Under the pieces are notes generated by a model, which worked only from the letters and a program-made list of their open reading frames with translations, did no database searches and had not been told where the DNA came from. A DNA stretch of 64,000 bases from a virus, in the IMG/VR virus record IMGVR_UViG_3300046758_000611, positions 1-64,000 of that record; one strand, 5' to 3'. This document shows positions 37,344 through 47,243 of the stretch, piece after piece. Every line of letters begins with the position of its first letter. Position 1 is the first letter of the stretch. Made by a program: the position numbers and the translations under genes.

Positions 37344-37616
37344 TTATTTTTTAATATATACCCCAAATTGTACATCTATTTCACCGTCACCATATTTTTC
37401 AAACAAACGTTCCTTAAATAAAATTTCTCGTTTTGTTATGTCATTAAAATCGGTATGTGCTTCACTTGTTAAATTTTCAATATTTGACAATTTGTCTTTA
37501 AGTTGCTTTTTTTCAATTTCAAGTTCACCTAGTGATAATACGATTTGTTGGTAATCGGAGTTTAATCTCGTAATTTCAGATATTTCATCTTTACTTAATT
37601 CTATTTTATTTTCCAT
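37344..37616 (-). CDS. Small coiled-coil hypothetical protein
   Basis: Heptad-rich ORF ending KYGDGEIDVQFG; ATG 37616. Confidence 0.65.
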   Translation of the reverse strand: MENKIELSKDEISEITRLNSDYQQIVLSLGELEIEKKQLKDKLSNIENLTSEAHTDFNDITKREILFKERLFEKYGDGEIDVQFGVYIKK

Positions 37617-37623
37617 CAAATTA

Positions 37624-37652
37624 ATGATATGTAATAATTAACAAAAAATCAA
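37624..37652 (-). promoter_or_regulatory. sigma70-like promoter
   Basis: TTGATT-17 nt-TATCAT just upstream of ATG 37616. Confidence 0.5.
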
Positions 37653-37664
37653 GTATAAATAATT

Positions 37665-38900
37665 TTAAAGTTTTACTAAATTAATTTTCACTATTTGAAC
37701 AGATGATTCATGTACTTCTATATTCAATTTATATTCAGCATTTATAGTCTGTTCGTATATTTCACTTGGTTTTAACTGAATTTCATTTCCAAGATAATCC
37801 CACACAAATACTTCATCTTCATTTTCATTTATTTTAGTTGTTATGTAAAATTGTGACTCTTCTGTTTCTATCGTATAAAACTCCTCATCCATCTGAAGAC
37901 GAAGTTCATATTTGTTTTCGGTATTGTTAATAAATACATTTTGCGTTTTTCTATCTAATATAATATTTTTCAAACCAGTTGTGCTTGTATTATTTAAATG
38001 TTCATTTTTAAAACTTGAACTATTTTTATCATATTCTACACCCCAAACAATTTTTCTTGGTGTCAGAGAAAGTTTAGATGTAGTTTTATTATCAAATATC
38101 TCAGGTAATAAAAAGGCATTTACAGTTGCACTAAATGTGGTAGTCACATTTCTATCTTCCCCCTCGGCAGATTCAACCGAATTAGAGAAACTATCTATTT
38201 TAGTTTTAAATTTAAATCCAGATGGATCACCCCAGTAGTCATCACTTGCAAATGTTATTTTTTCTACAAGAGTATTCATCTGTTCAACGTATTCCGTTGA
38301 CATGGTAAAATCATAAGTTAAATCAACACGGTCTGGGAATGTAATATTATGAACTTGGTAAACTTTATTTACATCGTTTAACAAACTAAATCGGTCATAC
38401 ATATTTTTTGAATCAAACTTTTTAACAAACGGAACACTTAATTGATTATTGATTGGTGAAAAGTTATCATCTTTAGTTACACTCGTTCTTATAAAAATAA
38501 TCATTGGCCTTTGTGCCTGTCCCTTTGTATCACGAAAAAAACCATCATTTTGAATTGCACTCCATCGTTCAGGTGAAGCATGACGAACAGGAACTGTTAC
38601 AAGTGACCCACCCGTGTCAACTACTTCGGGTTTTATTACTTTTACAAAATAGTCATACAATATATTATCAATATCAAGTAAAGTTATAGAATAATCACTA
38701 AATGAAGTATTTTCCATTCTCATTTTCTCGGCACGGTTATCAGAATAATCCGAAGACTTAGATTGTTTGATATTTGATAATTGTTGATTATTATCTAAAT
38801 TTGGTGGTAATTTACCCAAAGAACTTGTAAATTCGTCTTTATTAGTCGACAAATTTCTTAATGTAATAAATGGATTATTAACTGAATTGAAATTTCCCAC
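37665..38900 (-). CDS. Tail terminator / sheath stabiliser (T4 gp15-like) with C-terminal extension
   Basis: VPVRHASPERW, PMIIFIRT, PDRVDLTYDF, QMNTLVEKI; lies between the neck genes and the sheath. Confidence 0.6.
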   Translation of the reverse strand: MGNFNSVNNPFITLRNLSTNKDEFTSSLGKLPPNLDNNQQLSNIKQSKSSDYSDNRAEKMRMENTSFSDYSITLLDIDNILYDYFVKVIKPEVVDTGGSLVTVPVRHASPERWSAIQNDGFFRDTKGQAQRPMIIFIRTSVTKDDNFSPINNQLSVPFVKKFDSKNMYDRFSLLNDVNKVYQVHNITFPDRVDLTYDFTMSTEYVEQMNTLVEKITFASDDYWGDPSGFKFKTKIDSFSNSVESAEGEDRNVTTTFSATVNAFLLPEIFDNKTTSKLSLTPRKIVWGVEYDKNSSSFKNEHLNNTSTTGLKNIILDRKTQNVFINNTENKYELRLQMDEEFYTIETEESQFYITTKINENEDEVFVWDYLGNEIQLKPSEIYEQTINAEYKLNIEVHESSVQIVKINLVKL

Positions 38901-39367
38901 TATAAATTCCTTTCCGATATATTAAGTTTGCTTAATCTCGTAAGATGACCATTACACAATAAACTAAAGTTTTTTTCTGGTTGACCACCTAAAAATTGAT
39001 TTTCAGTAATTGCACTTATTTCAAAATAAGAATTTTCCCAAAATATAATGTCACCATTTTCAGGATAAAATCCTTTAAGTTCACATAATTTTTGATGAAA
39101 ACGAAATATAACTCCTTTTTTTACATCAGGTCCAAATCCTTCATAACTCGTGGTTTCTGGATTCGTTTCAACTAAACAAGAAGTTTCAATACCAGGATAA
39201 TAAAATTTATTTATGCTTTCACCATATACATTTTCATGTGTGTGTGATGTATCTATTTTAAATAAAATAATTATTTGTTCTATTATATCAAGCATTAATT
39301 CACCGGAAAGACTATTCATTAAACGAACATCTCTTCTTGAAAAGTATCTTCCTCGTGATCTTGACAT
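38900..39367 (-). CDS. Neck / head-closure protein (T4 gp14-like)
   Basis: NVYGES, PENGDIIFW, YFEI; follows the gp13-like gene. Confidence 0.65.
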   Translation of the reverse strand: MSRSRGRYFSRRDVRLMNSLSGELMLDIIEQIIILFKIDTSHTHENVYGESINKFYYPGIETSCLVETNPETTSYEGFGPDVKKGVIFRFHQKLCELKGFYPENGDIIFWENSYFEISAITENQFLGGQPEKNFSLLCNGHLTRLSKLNISERNL

Positions 39368-39370
39368 TTT

Positions 39371-40747
39371 TTATCCTATATACAAAAAGTTTGGTACTTT
39401 TCTTAAATTTTCTTGTAAGTTATCAGAGATTTGATTTAACGACTCACTTGTTGTACTGCGACTTGTGACTTCTAAATCTTCTCTTAACTCTGTTATTAAT
39501 TGTTCTTTTTCGGTGGCAGCCTCTGATCTTAGTGCATCTCCATCTAATGATGTTTCTCCACCTGGTATTGGTAAACTTTGATATTTTGATCGCACAGAAC
39601 CCAATAATTCTTTACACAATGCCAAGTAATATTTCATAATCCAACGTTTCCCAACATCATTGATTGTGGAAAAACTATGAAATTGATATGGTGCATTACT
39701 TACATCCGTAATTGCATCGGAAGACGAATATGATAAACCTGAGTCATATGATTTAGGTGTTCCATCATTTAAACCAGTTTGTGTATTATCAACAACCACT
39801 TGCTCGGTCGTTTCCTCGGTAACTTCCGTTTGAGTTTTCGGCATAACATTAAATTCATCAGCATCTACATAACCCTGAACTGCGGCTATATCTCGTTCTC
39901 TTTTAAATACATAATCAAAATATAAAGTATAATCTTTAGTTGGTATTGGAAAAATTGTAAGTTTATTGTTAATTAATTCAAAACTATAAGCACTTCTTCT
40001 TATCTGTTCATTAAATTCAATTGCCTGTAAACGAAGTAAATCTTCATTGATTGGTCTTAATAAAAACTGAGTACCTTTTGGTGACATACCACTCCAACCA
40101 AATTCACTTAGCATATTTGATGCAGACATACCAGAGTTGGACATTGGGTCATAGATTTTATTTATACTCGGAGGTGGTTCGTGAAATACTCTTTTTACTT
40201 CTATTTTTTCTAACTTTTTTTCACCGGTGTGTGGGTCTTCATAGTAATAATTAAACATTCCTTGTAAATCATATGTTTGAACACCCCGTTTGACTTCAAG
40301 GCCTGCCCGTCTCCAATCAACATTTCCACCTGCCCCCACTTCAGCACCATATGCCTCGGACAATTTTAAATAAAATGGTAATGGTTGAGTTTGTAAAACA
40401 GATGTAGTTAAATTTACACTTGTAGATGTACCACGTAAACTATACATATTTTGCTTAATTGAGAATTGATTTATTTGAGCACTATATTCAGTTACTGCTT
40501 CTTCATAACAAGCATAAAATTGAACATCTATCATTTCAACATCCACGATGGGAAAACCAAGACGAGTTGCAGCCCAAGCTGCGGCCTTTGGAGCAAAGGA
40601 CACAAATTCAACATCATTATCAAAAAACCCAAACGGAGTTTTTCCTATTGGTGATGATGTTTTACCGTCCCAACGAACTCTTTCAAGTTCATGCATTTTA
40701 TCATTGGGACTTTGGGTTTCTTCTTCATATTCTTCGTTGTTTTCCAT
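39371..40747 (-). CDS. Neck / adaptor protein (T4 gp13-like)
   Basis: RLGFPIVDVEM, WIMKYYLALCKELLGSVRSKY, IPGGETSLDG; directly after the capsid gene. Confidence 0.75.
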   Translation of the reverse strand: MENNEEYEEETQSPNDKMHELERVRWDGKTSSPIGKTPFGFFDNDVEFVSFAPKAAAWAATRLGFPIVDVEMIDVQFYACYEEAVTEYSAQINQFSIKQNMYSLRGTSTSVNLTTSVLQTQPLPFYLKLSEAYGAEVGAGGNVDWRRAGLEVKRGVQTYDLQGMFNYYYEDPHTGEKKLEKIEVKRVFHEPPPSINKIYDPMSNSGMSASNMLSEFGWSGMSPKGTQFLLRPINEDLLRLQAIEFNEQIRRSAYSFELINNKLTIFPIPTKDYTLYFDYVFKRERDIAAVQGYVDADEFNVMPKTQTEVTEETTEQVVVDNTQTGLNDGTPKSYDSGLSYSSSDAITDVSNAPYQFHSFSTINDVGKRWIMKYYLALCKELLGSVRSKYQSLPIPGGETSLDGDALRSEAATEKEQLITELREDLEVTSRSTTSESLNQISDNLQENLRKVPNFLYIG

Positions 40748-40794
40748 GAATATAAATATGATAAAGAAATATATTAAGTATTTTAATTATGAAT

Positions 40795-40826
40795 AAAAAA
40801 AGAGAGGTCCCGAAGAACCTCTCTTT
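40795..40826 (-). terminator. Intrinsic terminator after the capsid gene, with C(UUCG)G tetraloop
   Basis: Minus strand AGAGAGGTTC-TTCG-GGACCTCTCT followed by a T run. Confidence 0.9.
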
Positions 40827-40851
40827 AAATTTTTGATCGTTTGCTCTAAGA

Positions 40852-42279
40852 TTAAATCTTATCTGCGTTATTAACAGAGATCTTACCATAGAATTCAGGA
40901 CGTACCATTTTCTTAGCATAACGAGTCATAACCCCACGACGTGGTGTGAAGTTCACTGGATCGTATACCAATGGTGTTTGAATTAATGGGATATATGGAG
41001 CATAAACCGCACCTGTTTCTAAGAAGTTTGCACCTCTGAAACCTACGAGAACGTCACCACTTGTCATGTATGGGTTCTTGTAAACTTGGAAACGATTGTT
41101 CAATGCACCTACCTTGGTAACACCCATTGCGAACTGAGACTGATTTCCGTCTGTATCAGCTGCATATCCTGGGATACTCTCAAGAACGGTAGCAACTTGT
41201 GGAGAACATACGAGGAAGTTTGCACCACCACGAAGAGTCAATTGATGAATTTTGTTACTCATTGATTGAATCTTTGTTCCGAGTTTCTGGAACAATGTTC
41301 CTTGAGTTTCACCACCTTGTAATCCAGCGGTTGCGTCAAATGCAGTTGCATCAACGGTACCAGCATTAACGATAAGCATATCAAGAATTTCCAAGTCAAT
41401 TTCCATTGAAACATACTCGGAAAGAAGTGATGTTAATTCTGCTTCTGCGTCAATACTATGATAAGCATTAAGGTCTTGTGCCAACTCAGGTGTCCACACT
41501 GCTTTTAACTTACGTGTTTTTGCAACGATTGGTTCACTTTTAAGTTCCAAGTTAACTTCAGGGATACCAGCATCTTGTGATCCTGTTACTGCACCTTCGG
41601 TAGCATCGTCAGCTGCTTCAAAGTCACCACGTGTGATGTCTGTTGTTGCGACATGATAATGAAGTGTTCCGTCAGCAGTTGCTTTGTTGTCTCCGTCAAG
41701 AGAAGTTTCTGCTCCACCTCCGTCTACAACTTTAAATGCACGAACACCGTCAAGGTCTGCGTCAGTTGCAACGTCAACTCCAACTTCTTGACCAGTTGTG
41801 ATAGCAACTGTTTGGTCGTTAAGAGAATAACCATGACGACCTGCTCCGTAAAGACCACCTTCTGCTTTGTCAGTTGATTTTGTTGCTCCAGAACCACCAA
41901 ACAAACTACCACTTGCTTGACGTGATTGTGCTGTTCCGTATTTGAAGTCTAAATAGAAAATCAATCCTGATGGAAGATTCATTGGTTGAACCGAAACGAA
42001 TTCCTTCGCAGCGATTTCTGCAAATACACGACGAACGAGAGGAAGTGCTACTCCACTCCATTCTTCTGATCCAGAAGATGTTCCTGTACGTGAACCTTCA
42101 TCAATTAATTGCTTTGCCTGATTTTCAAGAAGAATTGCCATTCCACTTTTTTCTGTATCTGTATCGATACCTTCTAATAAACCAGTCTTTTCCCACTTTG
42201 AAACTAACCCACGGGTTTCTGCCATAAGTTTTTGTTGTGGATTCTGACTGTTTTGTAATAATTTACTAATCTCACTCAT
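40852..42279 (-). CDS. Major capsid protein (T4 gp23-like)
   Basis: LLENQ, PLVRRVF, VQPMNLPSGLIF, AKTRKLKA, ELAQDL, IDAEAEL, YAPYIPL, TPRRGVMTRY. Confidence 0.96.
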   Translation of the reverse strand: MSEISKLLQNSQNPQQKLMAETRGLVSKWEKTGLLEGIDTDTEKSGMAILLENQAKQLIDEGSRTGTSSGSEEWSGVALPLVRRVFAEIAAKEFVSVQPMNLPSGLIFYLDFKYGTAQSRQASGSLFGGSGATKSTDKAEGGLYGAGRHGYSLNDQTVAITTGQEVGVDVATDADLDGVRAFKVVDGGGAETSLDGDNKATADGTLHYHVATTDITRGDFEAADDATEGAVTGSQDAGIPEVNLELKSEPIVAKTRKLKAVWTPELAQDLNAYHSIDAEAELTSLLSEYVSMEIDLEILDMLIVNAGTVDATAFDATAGLQGGETQGTLFQKLGTKIQSMSNKIHQLTLRGGANFLVCSPQVATVLESIPGYAADTDGNQSQFAMGVTKVGALNNRFQVYKNPYMTSGDVLVGFRGANFLETGAVYAPYIPLIQTPLVYDPVNFTPRRGVMTRYAKKMVRPEFYGKISVNNADKI

Positions 42280-42331
42280 TTTATTTTTTCCTTTTGAATT
42301 TTAGTTGTTGTTTTTTCTAACAGTTTTTAAA

Positions 42332-43672
42332 TTAAACTATCCCTGCAAGTTTTTTGAATCGGTTAGCAAGTTCATTGCCTTCTGATAAAATCTGCTTGGA
42401 TGGTTTAGTTGATTTTATTGCTTTTGATGCCATTCCTTCAGAAATTGACTTTTTTTCTATTGTTTTTGCTTTTGGTGCAGTTGCAACAGATTTTTGTACT
42501 TTTTCTTCAGATTGTTCGTTGATTGAACGGAATGATTCACCAAGAGTTGCGTAAACAAGTTTTGCTTCACGAACATTCTTCGTAAGATCAAAACTTTCTA
42601 CTACTTTTAATTTTTGTGATTCTGCAAGTGCGAACTCTTTAAACAATTTATTTGTATAAAGAAGTTTTGCATTTAACAAATTCACTTCATTCAACTTACC
42701 ACGCAAATATTTGTAGACCTTGCGGTATTCATCGTTTTCTTTTTGAAGTTTTTCGTTTTCTGTTTTCATTTCAGACAAATCGGTATTTCCAACTTCTTCT
42801 TCAATATTTGATTCTTCCTCAAGTTCTTTGAGAATTTCTTCAAGATTGATTTCTTCGTCTTCGTCTTCTTCTTCGTCTTCTTCTGAACATGAACTTTCTT
42901 CGATTGACTCTTCATCAGATTCTTCAGATTCTTCTTCATCGGATTCTTCAACAATCTCGATGTCAATTTCTTCATCAATATCTTCTGCTTCGTCTTCAGC
43001 CTCTTCTTCTGTTAATGAAGGGTCTCCTGATTCACAATCTGCACAATCTGCCACATCGACATGATTGTCTTTCGTTCCTATATCGGATGAGTCGGATTGC
43101 TCTTCTACTGACTCTTCATCTTCTTCAGATTCTTCTGCTTCAACTTCTTCTGCGTCTTCAACTTCATCTTCTTCACTAATTTCAAGTTCTGCTTCAAGTT
43201 CTTTAATGATATTTTCGAGATTGATTTCGTCGTCAGATTCTTCGTCTTCTGCTTCATCATCTAATTCAAGTTCTTCTTCAGCACCGGCGTCTGCTTCTTC
43301 AGATTCCTCGTCCGATTCCTCGTCCGATTCTTCTTCAGATTCTTCTTCAGATTCAAGTTCATCTTCGATTTCATCTTCAACTGATTCTTCGTCTTCTTCG
43401 GAATAACTTCCTTCTTCGACTTCTTCAGCAGATTCTTCTTCAGACTCTTCTGTTTCTTCTTCAGAAATTTCAGGTTCGATTTCTATGGAATCTTCTGCAT
43501 CTAAATCTTCAGATTCTTCTGCGTCTAATTCTTCGTCTTCTCTTAACTTTTTTGTAAGCATACTTTGCAAACGAGGTGCAAATGCTTCTTCTAAAGCAAG
43601 ACGGGCATTGGCTAATGCTGTTTCACGGACTGCTTTTGCGTCTGCGATTGCTTCTTGTAATAATTTACTCAT
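42332..43672 (-). CDS. Prohead core / scaffolding protein, highly acidic
   Basis: Immediately upstream of the capsid gene; long E/D/S-rich centre, coiled-coil LNEVNLLNAKLLY, C-terminal RFKKLAGI. Confidence 0.75.
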   Translation of the reverse strand: MSKLLQEAIADAKAVRETALANARLALEEAFAPRLQSMLTKKLREDEELDAEESEDLDAEDSIEIEPEISEEETEESEEESAEEVEEGSYSEEDEESVEDEIEDELESEEESEEESDEESDEESEEADAGAEEELELDDEAEDEESDDEINLENIIKELEAELEISEEDEVEDAEEVEAEESEEDEESVEEQSDSSDIGTKDNHVDVADCADCESGDPSLTEEEAEDEAEDIDEEIDIEIVEESDEEESEESDEESIEESSCSEEDEEEDEDEEINLEEILKELEEESNIEEEVGNTDLSEMKTENEKLQKENDEYRKVYKYLRGKLNEVNLLNAKLLYTNKLFKEFALAESQKLKVVESFDLTKNVREAKLVYATLGESFRSINEQSEEKVQKSVATAPKAKTIEKKSISEGMASKAIKSTKPSKQILSEGNELANRFKKLAGIV

Positions 43673-43819
43673 GATTTTTGTTTTTTTCCTATGTTCTAAA
43701 GTTATTATAAAACTCTAATTGATGAAACTTTTTTGACGTGTTTCCAATATATGTGGAAGCATTTGTAAAATAAATATATACTTACGTATGAAAATATTTT
43801 AAAAATATATAAAAAATTT

Positions 43820-43849
43820 AAAAAAAAAGAGAAGAAACCTTCTCTTTTT
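43820..43849. terminator. Intrinsic terminator
   Basis: A-run-GAGAAG/CTTCTC-T-run hairpin after 43868..44452. Confidence 0.7.
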
Positions 43850-43867
43850 CATTTTTTAAACTAAAAT

Positions 43868-44452
43868 TTATATAACTTTTCGGTCTCCTAAAATGCGATT
43901 AAGTCGTTCCGAAAGAGTTAAAGTAGACCAATCTTTACTTGCCTTGTAAGTTTTTCCATCGATCTCGATTTTATTTTGATCATCGGAAGACTCTTTAACT
44001 TTGTATGTTTTTCCATCAACTTCAAATTCTTCTTCTCCGTCTTCTTTTGCTTGGGTAACAGCTGCACCGAAAGCATTGCCTTCCTCCACATCTTCCTCAT
44101 CCTCTTCGTGTGTATCACACGATGACTCTTCTAGTTCGTCTTCACCGACAAATTCTTCTGTGTCTTCTTGTTCGGTGATTTCCTTTTTTTCTTTTAATTT
44201 ATATTTTTTTCCACCAACTTCGAATTCTTCTTCCCCATTTTCACGGGCATTTTTTACTGCGGCTCCAAATGCGTTACCTTCTTCAATGTTTTCGTCATCG
44301 GAATTTTCATCTGATTCTTCTTGTTTTTTAAGAATTGCTTTCTTTAATGGTTCAGGAAGTTTTTCTTGTGCTTTGGTAAGACCCTCAAACAATTCAAGTT
44401 CGGATATTACTTCTTTAATAATTTTTTTAAGTTCAGTTCTTGTGATTTTCAT
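43868..44452 (-). CDS. Putative internal head protein with duplicated module
   Basis: N-terminal ELKKIIKEVISE; two copies of EEGNAFGAAVxxAxExGEEEFEVxGKxYKxKE. Confidence 0.6.
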   Translation of the reverse strand: MKITRTELKKIIKEVISELELFEGLTKAQEKLPEPLKKAILKKQEESDENSDDENIEEGNAFGAAVKNARENGEEEFEVGGKKYKLKEKKEITEQEDTEEFVGEDELEESSCDTHEEDEEDVEEGNAFGAAVTQAKEDGEEEFEVDGKTYKVKESSDDQNKIEIDGKTYKASKDWSTLTLSERLNRILGDRKVI

Positions 44453-44473
44453 AATATTTTATATTTTAAGGTT

Positions 44474-45166
44474 TTAGAAATTTTTACTAACAAATAATTT
44501 ATTGTAGTTTTTTAATATTGATTCATCATCATACTCAAATTTATTGATATGTTTATTTGTACTTTCTTCGATATATTTTACTACCAAAGAACTAATCTGA
44601 GATATATCATTTTCATGTAATTCATTTAATGAATCACTTTTATTGCTCGCATCTTTAATGATGATGTTGGCAAACTTGCTAAATGTTGTTGGATCAAACA
44701 TTTCGTTTGCTCTTTTAACTGATATGTTTTCAATAATTGGTTGAATGGTAAATTCATTAATATCAGAGTTTTCAATAATAGTTTCTACCTGTTCCGTAAC
44801 AAATGATTCGTTCGTTTCACTGAGAATTACATTGTTTTTACCAGAAATTCTTTCAAACGATTTATACGCAGACATGGTCTGTTCCATTAAAGTTCCGTAA
44901 AATTTAGGATTTGGTATAAAATCATAAACATCAATTTCTCCTTTGTAATAACCACCAAAACGTGACTCTTCACAAGAATGAAAATTTAAATTGGTTTGCT
45001 TTGCATACTCATTTACATCAGAAACAGTACCTTCTAATACTTTTTCTATGACATATCCATTAAATCCAAGACTTTTTTTATTTAGTGTTCCCTCAATTTC
45101 ACCTTTAAATGAAATTGTTTCAAGTATTTGTTTTTGAACAAGATTTTTAATTTGTTGTTTATTCAT
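44474..45166 (-). CDS. Hypothetical head-region protein
   Basis: Likely start MNKQQIKNLVQKQILE, overlapping the upstream stop (ATGAATAA). Confidence 0.6.
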   Translation of the reverse strand: MNKQQIKNLVQKQILETISFKGEIEGTLNKKSLGFNGYVIEKVLEGTVSDVNEYAKQTNLNFHSCEESRFGGYYKGEIDVYDFIPNPKFYGTLMEQTMSAYKSFERISGKNNVILSETNESFVTEQVETIIENSDINEFTIQPIIENISVKRANEMFDPTTFSKFANIIIKDASNKSDSLNELHENDISQISSLVVKYIEESTNKHINKFEYDDESILKNYNKLFVSKNF

Positions 45167-45608
45167 TGTTATGTTCCTGTGAAATTTCAAAGTATCTATT
45201 TAATATATTACCCATATCCTCGTATAGTCCTTGCATTCGTTGAGTGTATACCTGTCGTTCGGTTGCGGTCTTATGAAATTGTTTTGCAAGTGATTTTAAT
45301 TCTGATAGATTTCTTTTTACACTAACTGCATCAAACCAGTCATCTGTTTCACTTAACATATATTTTGAAGCAGATGAAATGATATTGCACACATCCTCTG
45401 CAATATCTAAATCCTTTATTTCTGTATTGATATGCTTTTGGTAATTTCCAAATTTATTTATTTTCTCACTGGAAATTTGCTTTTCTTCACTTGACATTTT
45501 TTCATCATGAAATAATGACTCAGTTAATATATCTTCAGAAACTTCATATTTTTTAATTTCTTCAGATATAACATCCTCGATAAGTTTTTTCAATTCCGAT
45601 TTTTTCAT
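45159..45608 (-). CDS. Hypothetical head-region protein
   Basis: MKKSELKKLIEDVISEE start; LYEDMGNILNRYF; coupled to the protease gene. Confidence 0.65.
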   Translation of the reverse strand: MKKSELKKLIEDVISEEIKKYEVSEDILTESLFHDEKMSSEEKQISSEKINKFGNYQKHINTEIKDLDIAEDVCNIISSASKYMLSETDDWFDAVSVKRNLSELKSLAKQFHKTATERQVYTQRMQGLYEDMGNILNRYFEISQEHNNE

Positions 45609-46237
45609 TTTACAGAGTCTCCCAGTTCTCCTAGTATTTCATGTATAATAGACTCTACATTACAGAACTTAGTACAAACACGACCGGCGGTAATAGTTTT
45701 GTCCACATTCACAGATTCGTTCATCGCAACTGGCTCCAAGAAAGCACCCCGTGTTGAAGGGTTGCTAACGAAATCAAATGCGACCAATTCAAAATCATCG
45801 TTAACCATTGTTTTACCCTCACTCTCACGAGTTGTTCCCATTCCACGTGAACTAATACCAAGAGTGATTCCTGATTTAAATAACTCACGGAGAATATTAC
45901 CAGCAGGTGTGCTTAAAACTTCAACCGTACCAAGCAAGTTGTCGTTTTCCCACCACATCTTTGTTACATTGTGACTTACATTTTGAAGATTTACTACACT
46001 GCTCTCTGGATGATCAAGTTCTCCAAGTGCTCTCTTATCGTCTATAAGTTCTTGATATTTAGTTGCTTCTCGTTCAAGAAGATCACGACTATATATACGA
46101 CCATTTTGATTTTGTTCTTTTGCTTTTTGCAAAATACCCTGTACAACTAGATTACCGTTGTTTTTATCTATACTTTCATTTATTTGAGTTCTGTTGAACT
46201 CAAATGGCATTGTTGATACTAAAACTTGCTTTGTCAT
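45605..46237 (-). CDS. Prohead core protease (T4 gp21-like)
   Basis: NQNGRIY, ALGELDHP, NVSH, TPAGNI, GISSRGMG, DFVSNPS. Confidence 0.95.
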   Translation of the reverse strand: MTKQVLVSTMPFEFNRTQINESIDKNNGNLVVQGILQKAKEQNQNGRIYSRDLLEREATKYQELIDDKRALGELDHPESSVVNLQNVSHNVTKMWWENDNLLGTVEVLSTPAGNILRELFKSGITLGISSRGMGTTRESEGKTMVNDDFELVAFDFVSNPSTRGAFLEPVAMNESVNVDKTITAGRVCTKFCNVESIIHEILGELGDSVK

Positions 46238-46299
46238 ATTATATAAGTATATATCTAAAAATAAATATTTATATCTATTTTGACAAAGTCCGTATAAAT

Positions 46300-46773
46300 T
46301 TAACTAGCAGTATCTTCTCTCGATATAGTATCTGTTGTAACATACTCCTCCACACCTTGGTTAGTATGGGTGGATTTAGAGTTTAATAAATTGATTTCGT
46401 GTGTACACGCCAACCCAACATTTTTTAGTGACTTGATTATATTGTCTATACTATTTCTTGCCGATAAAAGAGTTTTTGTTAAGTCGACTGAACTGAAACC
46501 TTTTCCACTTACAGATGTGTTGCAACTAATTGAATATCCATATAAATTGGTTCTGTCGTCTTTGTTGATTAAAATTTTTGTTTTTGCTTCATCAGTTCCG
46601 AGTGTAAGATGTAGACCATTTGAACTTTCTTTCCAATTATCAGATAAAGCACCTTTTAATTCATGTTTCCACACATCTGACTTAGTAACTCGTGTCTTGC
46701 TCAATTTCTTAGTCAAGTTTTTTCTCTCAAAATTACTTGCATTAATTATATCCATTCGTGTACAATCTTCCAT
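46300..46773 (-). CDS. Hypothetical protein
   Basis: 157-aa ORF in operon context. Confidence 0.55.
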   Translation of the reverse strand: MEDCTRMDIINASNFERKNLTKKLSKTRVTKSDVWKHELKGALSDNWKESSNGLHLTLGTDEAKTKILINKDDRTNLYGYSISCNTSVSGKGFSSVDLTKTLLSARNSIDNIIKSLKNVGLACTHEINLLNSKSTHTNQGVEEYVTTDTISREDTAS

Positions 46774-46778
46774 AATAT

Positions 46779-47243
46779 TTACCTCATGTTTCTAAGTTTA
46801 TCAGAAATTCTTGATATTCTTTCATCTATTTTTGATATAAACTTATTTGTTGTTTTCCAATACAATTTACTGTCTGTCCTTGTTTCGTTTTTAAATTTTT
46901 CCGCAACACTAATTAATTTTTCAATTTCTGTTAAATTTTTATTAATCTCACGGATAGTAATTCCAATTTTTTGTACAGGTGTATAATCCGGATGATCACG
47001 GAATAAATGGAATAAACTTTTTCCTTCGTGTATTGTATTCTTGTGCTTTTCTTTTGAAATTTTAAAATCAAATACTTCAGCTGATTTCTTTATTGAATCT
47101 TTGTGTTCTTCTTCACTGTCTTCTTTATCAAATGCAAATGGTGTAGAGTATCCATCTATATTTGATGTAGAGTTTAATTCACTTAATTGTTTTTTAATAT
47201 AAAGACGAACCAATTCTCTAAATTTTTTTTCAGTTAGATTCAT
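46779..47243 (-). CDS. Hypothetical head-region protein
   Basis: FRELVRLYIKKQLSE, GYSTPFAF; overlaps the upstream stop. Confidence 0.6.
   Translation of the reverse strand: MNLTEKKFRELVRLYIKKQLSELNSTSNIDGYSTPFAFDKEDSEEEHKDSIKKSAEVFDFKISKEKHKNTIHEGKSLFHLFRDHPDYTPVQKIGITIREINKNLTEIEKLISVAEKFKNETRTDSKLYWKTTNKFISKIDERISRISDKLRNMR

Noticed and set aside
42354-44477. Ser-rich plus-strand ORFs (e.g. 42828..43064, 43065..43406, 44001..44477)
   Set aside because: Antisense shadows of GAA/GAT-rich acidic genes. The other short plus-strand ORFs in the window also overlap longer minus-strand genes and show no recognisable motifs.
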